Positions 47,426 to 57,601 of a DNA stretch of 64,000 nucleotides are shown piece after piece. The position numbers and the translations under genes are program-made. The stretch is from Klebsormidium nitens (Eukaryota; Plantae; Klebsormidiophyceae). Position 1 is the first letter of the stretch, and the number at the start of each line of letters is the position of its first letter. Under the pieces are notes generated by a model. The model was not told the origin of the DNA. It was given only the letters and a program-made list of their open reading frames with translations, and searched no databases. The stretch covers positions 1-64,000 of the forward strand of contig DF237197.1 in NCBI GenBank assembly GCA_000708835.1. The letters run 5' to 3'.

Positions 47426-47882
47426 GGTCTCTCAGCACACCTATCACCTTCTTACGCCACCTCCTTCCAATGCGCCTTCAACTTTCACCTAAAGGCTAAA
47501 TTGCAGCAGCTCGTATGCCCACGGACGAAGATTGGGTAGGTCTTGGGTTGACCAGGCTTCAGTACAGACGTCAAGACGGCCACCGTTAAACTTAACCCTG
47601 TCGTTGACACACTCTGAGCGGCGTGCGCAATGTCCTTCGGCACGACTGAGTGGTCGCTGGGCACGGCGCAGCGACCCAATCGGTTGGTTTTTGAGCCCCT
47701 GGCTGACCGGGAAGATAACCCAGCTAAACCACCCACGAGCGCTGCAAGGGATCCCTCTTTTGCTGTTGGATGGCCTCAGCCTGGCCCTGGGCCTCAGCCA
47801 GCAATTCAAATCCAATTCAGCAGTTCTGCGAGTAAGAAGACGGCGCCACTCCGCTGAAGGGGATGCCTGGGCTATCTTTCAG

Positions 47883-50648
47883 ATGATGGAGGGAGCGGAA
47901 GTTGCGGAGCAAAAGCGCATCTGGGAAGAGTAAGGTCTTTTACTCATAGATAATCAGCTCCAATATTGCCTCCAGAAGCTCATCATCTGCTGTCAGCATT
48001 TTGCAAAAGATCTCCCTTTTGACCTCAGAAATGTTGTCTCCTTCCTTTTATCTTCATGACACTGCCAGTTTCTTGTGATGGTGGCAGCTCTGGTGATGCG
48101 AGCGTGCTATCTTTGTAAAGCGCACTGCAATCTGCAATTCCATAATTATGAAGCTTTTTTGGCAACCACAGGTCTCAGGTTGGCATGGCATAGACGGCAT
48201 ATGAGGTCAAGCTCTGCAGCTACCCACCAGTTGTAGTATTCTCATTGAGGGCAATGCTGTGAGGTCACTCTGCGCTGTGCTTGTCCAGATACCCAAATCT
48301 GCATGAAAGCCAACAGAACTAGCGAGCGCTAGCTAATATCCTCCCTGCAGGGATCACCCTTGTGAGAAGGAATATATGCGCCAATTTAAAGATTACAAGA
48401 CTGATTAGGTATATAAGTGGTCTGCTGTGTCAAGCTTGCCTCAACCTTTTCATTTCCGTCACACATCTTGCAGGAAGCAGGCAACCCTCCGCAGCCAGCT
48501 CATAACCCATGACGTCCACACTTGGACCGTTCCAGGGGGCCCCGTTTGCCCCCTTCAGGGCCCCCCCGGCAACGAGCTCCGCTTTGTGGGGGGCGTAGAC
48601 GTCAGCTTCAGCCAAACAGACCCGGACCTCGCTTGCGCCGCTCTAGTTGTCATCGACCTCACAAAGCTCCAAGAGCCGGTTCCGGGGTCCGCAAAGTTTT
48701 CAGACACCGGCGGAGACGCTGTGGTGTACGAGCGGTGTGAGTTGGTCCGCTTGGACGTGCCTTACCTGCCGGGGTTTTTGGGGTTCAGGGAGGTCCCTGT
48801 GCTCAGGCCGCTGCTGGAGGAAGTGGCGCAGGAGAGGCCTGACATTGCTCCGCAAGTAAGTTCGGAGCTCTTGCTTCTCTAGTGGGTGCTGTTCAAGCTT
48901 GAGCAGTCTTATCTGTTGAGGAACCTGGGACTTCGATGGGTATCCAGGCACTCGTTGAAATGATGAAAGCAAGGTGGAAATGAAACATGAATGTGCTTCC
49001 CAGGGGAATGGAATGGAAAGTGGCTGGAAGATATCCTGAGGGAACAAGTTGTTCTTCTTACAAGAGGCATAGAGTGATAGAGGTCCCTTCGATACGAAGT
49101 CTTCATAAGCTACTTCATCTAATGACCTTAGACGAAAGAAGGTTTTCAAAGAATGCGCTTGCAAGTTCTGCGGTTTCCTTTTGTTTGCTCTTCTTCTTCC
49201 AACCTCCCATGGTAAGGAGGGGAGCGTCAATGCTCGCGAATAGTTGGGGTTGCAACGCAATGATGGACGTACAGGGACTGGCAGCACAAAGGGAGACAAG
49301 CAGATTCTGACCCGCCTTCAGCCAACCTCTTCAGTTTAGGCAAGAGAGTCATAGTCCAAGGCGAGAGGGTCATTTGAAACGAGTTTGAGGACTATGTAGG
49401 GCCCAACAAGCGGCAAACTAGAGGCGGCCACTTTGTGCAGGTCATTCTGGTTGACGGCAATGGCATCCTCCACCCACGCGGCTTTGGCTCGGCTTGCCAC
49501 CTTGGCGTGGCCTGCCACATGGCAACCATCGGGGTGGGCAAGAACTTCTTCCACCTAGACGGCCTGACTAGCGACGGCGTGCGCGCGCGCGCAGAGGCGC
49601 GCGGTCTGCAGCCGGGCGAAGCGATGGACATTGTGGGGGAGAGCGGAAGGGTGTGGGGTGCGGTGAGTTGCTAGTGATTGGAGGCGTCTAAGAACTTGGG
49701 ACGGAGTCAGTTCTATCCTTCTATCGTCCTCCTGTCAACTTACTGCCAAACTTTCATCCTTGTCTGTACCTTACGTTGCAGAGAGTCGGCTCTAAGATCG
49801 CACGCTATGTCTCTTTTTGAGGCGGTACACGGACCATACGCAATACGGTATTTTCGCAAGTCAGACCTCTCTGAGGACTTTACATCTGTTCCAACCGTTT
49901 GTGCATTCATCCCGCAGGCTTATCGAACCCACGCCGGCAGCACCAAGCCCATCTTCGTGTCCGTCGGACACCTACTCTCACTGGATACCGCAGTCAAGAT
50001 CGTCCGAGCCTGCTGTCGATTCCGGGTTCCTGAGCCGGTTAGGCAGGTGACTTACCGAGCGCGCTCCTACAAACCATTCAATGTTTCAGCCTGCTTTTGG
50101 TGGCGATTCCGTTTGCTTCACTCGCCTTCCAAACGATTCGTAGAAAGCTGGCTTGACTGCAAACGTCGTCTCGAGAACGGGTTCCTGAGCCGGTCCGGCA
50201 GGTGACTTACCAAAATGCGCGCTCCTACAAATCATTCAGTGTTTCAGCGTGCGGTGGGAATACTCTTGCTTCGTTCATGTTCTAAAGCTTTCGAAGAGAG
50301 CTGGCTTGACCGCAAATTTCGTCTCGAGGATCCTTTGTTCCTGGCTCCAACGCCAAAGCAGAAGTCCTTGATCTCTCGTGGAGCTAATTGCCAGTACGAT
50401 GACTCCAAGCCATGTCGAAGCGCTTAATTCAATCTGCTTGAAAGAAATATCCAGGGGGGCTTTCCCCGCCTGCAATCGCCGCCACCCGGCTTGTACCTAT
50501 AGTAGCATGTTCGTCCAGCGTCCAACGGCTGAGTTCGCCACGTGTCAGTGTCACAACGTCAAACCTTCTTGACTTTGCGCAGGCTGACATGCGGTCCAGA
50601 GAGCGCCTGCGTCAGCATGACGTCAGGGCCGCAGCGACGAGTGGCTAG
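47883..50648 (+). CDS. ENDOV: Endonuclease V (deoxyinosine/inosine 3' endonuclease), 5 exons, ~281 aa
   Basis: Exons 47883-47929, 48474-48855, 49441-49662, 49918-50046 and 50583-50648 are in frame (846 nt). Motifs: [57 protein letters not shown] and [14 protein letters not shown]. Confidence 0.96.
50024..50372 (+). repeat. Tandem ~155-bp units (3' end of EndoV exon 4 plus 5' splice site): 2 clear copies plus 1 degenerate
   Basis: GGGTTCCTGAGCCGGT..GGCAG|GTGACTTACC at 50024 and 50179, with donor GT at 50047 and 50202. AGCTGGCTTGAC occurs at ~50146 and 50299. Confidence 0.9.
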
Positions 50649-52600
50649 CTGCTGACAACAGCCTAGGAAAGCGGACGATAATACTCGAACTCCACGGAGA
50701 TGCCCCTTCTACCGAGCGGATCAGGCGCGCCCAATCTCTCCTTAGCCGGACAAGGGCAGGGACGCCGTACCGGTCAACATAATGACCGCTTCACAAAGCA
50801 AAGGCCGGGCCAGAAATTGCATCATCAAGGGCTGCGTCTGGAAAGAAGGGGCTGCTGCCCGAGCGCTTATCGCCAAGGCTGGGGTTCACTTGCAAGGCAT
50901 GAGGTTTTTGATTGTCCTTAGAGATGGGGCCAGCAGATCCTTGTGACGTTTGCAGTCAGTCGGATTGCAAAACTAGATTGCGAAAACTGATCCGGCAGTT
51001 GGTGGAAGATGTAGAGAGCGTTGTGTCGTCACTTCCAAGATTCCCTCTGCATCAAGAGGACTCACTTGAACACGTGTTGCAAGCAACTCGATGATTTAGC
51101 GACATGAAGGCCGGGTCAATCCGCTAGAGTTTCCTGCCAGCCATGCATGCGGCCGTGGTTGCCGCCGCGCTTGTGGCAGGTGTGCATACGTGTGCACACC
51201 TGCCACATGTACGTTCCCAAAAGTTAGTTAGCTGGCGTCGCGACCAACTGACTGAGTAATGGTTCAACTGCGGGAGGTTCAATCGAGGATTGTCTGAACG
51301 GTCCATTGAAGGCTGACGAGTAATGTATCAAAAATTGCCCGGTCCGCCAACGTAGCATCGTGTGATGATCACAAACTTTCGACTTTCGTATACAGTGTCA
51401 CATATTGTGATCAACACCGACATCTGCAACGATCTGATCAAATTGCTCCGATCGATTTAATAGATCCGGTGACACCTGCATGCGGCAAACTCGTAGGGGA
51501 CGGTGGGGAATAGTAAGCTAGAAAGTGTCTAGCGTCGGAGTGAGTCTATAGCTGACATGTTCAATGATTAAATCAAAAGTTCAAACATTGTTTGCGTAAG
51601 AGGCGTATGCCTATACTGGCTACGCTTTGATTTGAAGACACGTACCGTCGTCAAACGCACATGTTGCATTCTTGGTACGGCCACGGTCAAAGGATTCACT
51701 GAGCCACATGCAAAACCACCCGTAAGCGGGTGATCCAGAGCACATGCATGCAATGATAATTATCTAGGTAGCTTTTGTGCAGGAGCACCGATCAATGAAT
51801 GATGGGCCTTGACCTTGCAATGTGAACCGTTCACGGTTGTTGAAGCCAAAAAGGTCCTGGCTTTGTGCATCCGGCCTGGATCGATCATGAGTGAATGCAA
51901 TCATGATCATCCATGTGTGTTAGTGACAGCGATCGACCATCAGAGTAGCTCACTAAGTCAGCTAATTAGTGATTAAAGTACGCCAGATTGTATACATGCA
52001 ATCAACCTGTATTGGACCGTCAATTAGCCTCTATAAGTGGTACGTCATCATCGGACGACGGATACACCATGTGCACACCTGACTCGATAATATTTCGACT
52101 ACATGGCATATACCAGCATTATCAACGTGTGTCAGACTCAAAGACGATCGGACAGGCTCTGACCTGAGTTTTTTGGGATTGATATTGAAGTGTTGTTCAA
52201 ATCATGCAGTTTGACTGCACAGCATGATTCGATCAGAGCAGATGGTTCATTCCATTCAATACACTGGCACAGGATCGCGAATGTATGGGCGCAGGCTTAC
52301 TAAACCTTCAATACTTTCAGGCTCGCTCTAGCGGCACATGTTCAGCCAGGGCCAATTCAAAACGGTCAATCTCAGGACATGATGCTTGTAACCTGGTTCC
52401 CGTCTGCAGAGAACAGGATACGTCCCCCTGACCACTGTACGTCATGTGCAAGCAGCATGATTAAAGTCCAATCCTTGTTAATGATTGCTATGTTACAATT
52501 AAGGGTACAGTAGCTTGTTCGTACCAGCGGTCTGGTCGCTACGTGACCGAGGAACGTTTGCTGTGGTATCATGTACAGAACATCAGCTAGAGTATGAGTC

Positions 52601-54235
52601 CTAGCTACCTACCTCAGTTAAACTCTGGTTTTCTGCAATTGACAGGTTGCTCAACGCACCGCAACAACTTCCCGCACCAAGCAAGACTTTCCTCGAGACG
52701 ACGAGGGTGCCCTTTCTGATTTCCTCGTTCTCTATCTCGGCAAGATAAGCCTCCGCTTTCCTGTGCTTCTGGGCAGCAGCCCGACGGAGCCACTTAAGGC
52801 CCTTGTCGAGGTCTTTCTCGACTTCCACGTACTTCACACCCAGTTCAAACTGCGCGTCCGAGAGGCCCTTTTCTGCAGCTAACTTGAAGTATGCTTCCGC
52901 ATCGCTGCCGTGGAGAAAGTCTTTTGCGAGGGCAAGCTGTGCACTGGCATAGCCGCCCTCCGCAGCCTTAAAAGTCCACTCAAAGGCTTCTCGAACTTGG
53001 CCCGCGCCTCGCAAACGATTTCCGAGGACGTTGCAAGCCGACAGGTAACCTCGAATAGCAGCTTTTCTAATCCAGTGAAGCCCAACGCTCCTGTCCGTCC
53101 CGCCGTGCCCGTTCAAGCAGCAGAGACCCAAGAGTTGCTGCGTGAAAGGGTCGTTGAAAGCGGACGATTGCTGCAGCCCTTCCGTAGCTGCTTTCAACCA
53201 CTTGTTTGACTCCTCCAGGTCCCTCTCAACCCCGCCCGAGCCTTCCGCATAGGCCACCCCCAGAATGAACATGGCGACGGGGTCCCAAGGCACTCTCCGG
53301 GCACACATGACACCCCCCTCCCGGTCTTCAGCCACTCCGACCGCGTAGAAATAGCACCATGCGAGCAAGGCCCAAGCCTGGGGCGACCCCTCGTTCAGCC
53401 CAACTGAGGCAGCTGCTATGTTGAACCACATGAACGCCTTCTTCTCGTCATAAGGGGCGCCCCGCATCGGGATCAAGTAGTACATGCCCAGCTCGAAGTG
53501 ATCCTGGGGTGCGCCTTGTTCAGCCTCGACAACTTGCATGAGCTCAGGAAAGGTGCTCTTGGTCCGGATATAGGGCTGTAGACGCTCGGCAGGTGGAGGC
53601 TCGGGAATTGGTAACCAGTCAGATTGCCCCTCAAAGTCCTCTTCAAGAGAGGTGCTGTCGGTTTCGAGACCTGGGGGCAAGCTGGGGTCGACGACTGGGC
53701 CCAACGTCACTGGCGATGTCATCAGGGATGAGGCAAAGGCGGGCGACGCACCCTCTTGGTCAAGACTCCCGTTAGGCGCCGTCGTTCGCGTTTCCGGCTC
53801 AACCCTCTTGCGTTTTGCAACCACGTCCTCCCGGTGAACATCCTCCGCAAAGCCTGAAGCCGCCGCACCCGCCCCGGGCTCCCCAACTTCTTGCGATAAA
53901 CCCGCAAGTCGACTGTTCTGTGCCGACGTAGGAGGGGGTGACCTCACCAAGGGGCTTCCTCCCCCGTCAGGCTGCCCCACTGGTACGCCCGTGAGGGAGA
54001 TGAGGTAATTCGTCAGAATGCGTTGGAGGAAGAGGCGCAAGTGGCACTTTGGTTCCTTGAAGTACTCGGTGATGCCGTACTGGAGGGCTTTGAGGGCCTC
54101 ACGCCCCTGGGGTTCGTTGCGGTAAGAGGTCAAGGCTGCTTCAAGCACGAGGAGCAGCTCGTGCTTTTTGAGCTTCTGCGCTCGGTGGACATACTTCTCC
54201 GTCCGATTGTCGATGTTGGGGAACCAGGCGGGGAC
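52601..54235 (-). CDS. Sel1-like repeat protein; long internal or terminal exon, 5' exons unresolved
   Basis: About 6 Sel1 repeats (e.g. DHFELGMYY..DEKKAFMWFNIAA, AMFILGVAYAEGSGGVERDLEESNKWLKAA, AQFELGVKY..DLDKGLKWLRRAAAQKHRKA). The ORF extends up to an acceptor-like CTATAG at ~54236. Confidence 0.85.
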   Translation of the reverse strand, partial: VPAWFPNIDNRTEKYVHRAQKLKKHELLLVLEAALTSYRNEPQGREALKALQYGITEYFKEPKCHLRLFLQRILTNYLISLTGVPVGQPDGGGSPLVRSPPPTSAQNSRLAGLSQEVGEPGAGAAASGFAEDVHREDVVAKRKRVEPETRTTAPNGSLDQEGASPAFASSLMTSPVTLGPVVDPSLPPGLETDSTSLEEDFEGQSDWLPIPEPPPAERLQPYIRTKSTFPELMQVVEAEQGAPQDHFELGMYYLIPMRGAPYDEKKAFMWFNIAAASVGLNEGSPQAWALLAWCYFYAVGVAEDREGGVMCARRVPWDPVAMFILGVAYAEGSGGVERDLEESNKWLKAATEGLQQSSAFNDPFTQQLLGLCCLNGHGGTDRSVGLHWIRKAAIRGYLSACNVLGNRLRGAGQVREAFEWTFKAAEGGYASAQLALAKDFLHGSDAEAYFKLAAEKGLSDAQFELGVKYVEVEKDLDKGLKWLRRAAAQKHRKAEAYLAEIENEEIRKGTLVVSRKVLLGAGSCCGALSNLSIAENQSLTEVGS

Positions 54236-57200
54236 CTATAGGGAGGGAATACAGACGCGTCTGAGACCTGCAATCGGTGTCGAACTCTCAGTCTCCATAC
54301 TTAGCGAACGTCCTACTAGAAAGGGGGATGCTTGGAAGCTGAGCACCCATTTAACGGCATCTGATCAACTTGAGAACCCGGTGATGTAAAACGCGAAACA
54401 ACAGCTCGTGGGAAGCTAGTTGTACGTCCAAGCTAGTCTAACATTCCACAGGATGGACGACCTGCATCAGCAGGACCAGATGTCAGAACAGAATCATCGA
54501 GCCTTGCTTCTTTAATCGCTTAGCTAGTTTTTCATTCTGGAATAAGTAGGTTACACTCTGCAAATGGTTCACGAAGAGGAACTGATCATTTCCCTTCTTA
54601 TGGAAAAATAGGCAAAAGGCGGAAGTCCTCATTCGGAACCTTTAGTCACTAATGCATAATTGCCACATAGAGAGAACAAGAGGAATCTTACCAGGCCAGT
54701 TGTCCTAACCCCACCTCCCTCTGCTTTTTTGAGGAAGAAAATCCTGGCAACGAATGCATCTAACTCCTTGCAAGTGGCGACCTTCAGAAGTTTACTCAAT
54801 GGGGGTAGTCCTTGGTCTCGTCCATTGATGACGTCTGCTTGTCTGCAGAGCAATCAGTTTTTGAACAGCTTGTTTGAGGGTTCAATCACAGGCAGCACAC
54901 TGGCACGACAAACCTGCATCGTTTTCTGTGGCTTTTCTGCTTCAGAAAGCCCAAGACGCAGGACTCCGACTCGGGTTAAGCAGTTTTGTATTTGTGCATG
55001 CATTGGGATCAAGCCAAAGTCTCTTGCTGATGCATTGAGGATAGAAGGAGGGGGATCCCGGAACTCATGAAAGCTTACTGCCCCAGGGACCATCCTGAAG
55101 TTCAGCAGGCAGTATGGGAGGGCACAGCTGTTGAAGAACTTGATGCAAGAAAGCTGGCTGTGTCACACAGGTGCAAATTGCAAATCGGTGATGCATGGGA
55201 GATTCGTCCTTTGCCCGGACAGTTTCCATCCAGACTTCTCTTTGCATCATCATTTGCGTGGGTATTATCAGACACCGACACCGAGTATCTGAGCGGTTTC
55301 TAACAAAGATGTGAATCTGGTGAGATCTGATGGAACCATGTTGAATCCTGATGTAATTTGATGAAAGCTTTCAGTGCACAAATATTGGCCCAAAAATTTG
55401 TACCCCTGCAGCCCCTCCAGGAGATTGCTTGGAAGGAGAGAACGGTGCTTTCAAACTTTGAAACAATGACTGGAGAAATAAACCTTCATCATACAGGCCA
55501 ACACCTAGGACAACGGGCTACTTTCCTCCAGGGCTGCTGAAAAGAGTTCTTTGGCATAAGGTTACGAGAATTCTAATTTCGTTAGCCTTCACTTACTCAT
55601 CCATGGCTGCAGCTTCGCCAAATGCCATCTGGGAAACCGGCACCGGCGTAGAGGACTCCATGTCCTTTGAATCGCCCCAGTTTTTGCTCACATAGACGTC
55701 ATATTCAGCATTGTAGCGGTCAAAGCCAGAATCCCTCCAGAGCAAGATTTGATTGGTAAGCTCTACTGCTATCCTGGATTCATGCGCATGCCTTGTTGCT
55801 TTTGCACAGACTTTGCCCCTCCTCTCATCAGGCAGTTGCCAAGGATGTGCTTCCTTCAAAGCCTAGACCTTCAGCTGATCTCCTATCTGAAGCATTCAAT
55901 ATTGATTTACTATGTCGTTGATTTAAAGACAAGCGTGTGGAGGAATCTCACCAACTCACCAACTCACTGCAGATCAGGGTACCTCGTGCAGCTGCAATAG
56001 CGCACAAAGAGAAGTCACCAGCTCCTATTAAGTCTGTTGAAAACGCTTGACAAATCTGTTGACAGGACGGTACCCATGAGAAGCACCACTGCCAGCCTGA
56101 GCGGATCAAAAACTCAGTCGAATTATGTGGAAGGACGTGCAAATGCATGACAAATATCATGATCGAGTTGCTCAAAATGGGCCTTTGCTGCATTCTCGGT
56201 TAACCTATTAGGTACTCCGAGCTTCACGTACCGACGCTGTAGAACTCTATAGGTTTGGGAGGCTTCCCAAAATGCACACGTGTGACCGGGTTTCGAAATT
56301 GGCCGGTGTATCTCGGGGATCCCTCAGAACAAAGCAGTGGTTTTTCGCGCGCGGGTGTGGGGTGCGTACCACATGAGCGTGACGCCGCGATCAGGCGTGG
56401 CCCAGGGTCATCATTGCATGCTACCAGCGAGATGCTCGCATGCCCAGGCCATGACTCAACTCACAGAAACTCAGCTCCTATCATCTCAAATGCAGCCTAT
56501 AAAATGCAGAAAGTTTCGCGCGCGCAGCGACAGTAACTTGAGCCACCACTGGCACATCCCCTGGAATGCAATCGTCAGGTTGGACGTTCAAGTATTCAAC
56601 ATAGCGAAATGCATTTGGAAGGCATGAGATGGATAATCATTTCGAACGAATTTTGAGAACCGTTCAGTCTAGATGTCATAGATGATTAACCCGGCTGGTC
56701 GAGGCCATGTGATCATTCCATATCATGATCAGCACAGGCCACAGCTTCAAGCTGCTGGTCACCCGATTGTGTAAAAAGCAACTCCGGGACTTCGGATTGC
56801 GTATCTCAAAATGCTCTCAGGCTGTTCGTTCCTCGTTCTCTGCCGTGCCAAAAAACGCGAGAAAAGCAGTTGAAAAGCGATATAGTAGCAGCCATGTACG
56901 TTGAGTACCACATCAATCTATGGGTTGCTGGGAGTCGAGCGCAACGCCCTCCGGACTGAGCGATTAACGGCCGTTACAAGGAACAGACGCTCAAAGAAGC
57001 GGTGAATGTTGGAAGCAAGTGGCGCTTCCACGTTGCTGGATGAACTTGCCAGCTTGCTTGTATGGGTCACTGAGTACCGGGTTTCTTTTTGTTGCTTCAG
57101 GATCGATGCAGCGCGTTGCCGTTCCCAAAGCCGAGTATCGTTTGCAGCCTTCTCACCTTCAGATCACATGAGATTACGGCAAAGCTTTCACATTCGCGGC

Positions 57201-57601
57201 CCTAACCTAGAGCTCAATTTTTCATGCTGAAGGTGGCAGAGGAGAACGTGATACGTCGACACGCACTGTTGATCGCTTATGTTCGTCCGTGGTTTTTGGA
57301 TCTCAGCGCGTGGTCAAGCTGTAGGATTGCCTTGTATACGAGAGCCTACATGGTGGACAAGGAGATGGAGTTGGAGTTGAACTATACCGATAGCGACCGC
57401 AAGAAGCTGACCCAGTTGGAACACGTCAGCGAGCGGCCTCATGCTTCATCGTTCCGAAGTGAAGGTTTCAATATCTTAAGGACCCACTGGAAAAGAAGTT
57501 CAGTATCTTCCGTAAAACAAAGTTCGTTTGCAGCCCTCCGAAAAGGCCTTTCAGTCCGAACCCTTTAAATTCGCTCAAAACCTCACGAAACTCTCTCTTG
57601 A

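Noticed and set aside
54600-57568. Plus-strand gene between the Sel1 and IQ genes (e.g. ORFs 55067-55303 and 57224-57568)
   Set aside because: I could not assemble frame-consistent exons or recognise a domain; left unresolved.
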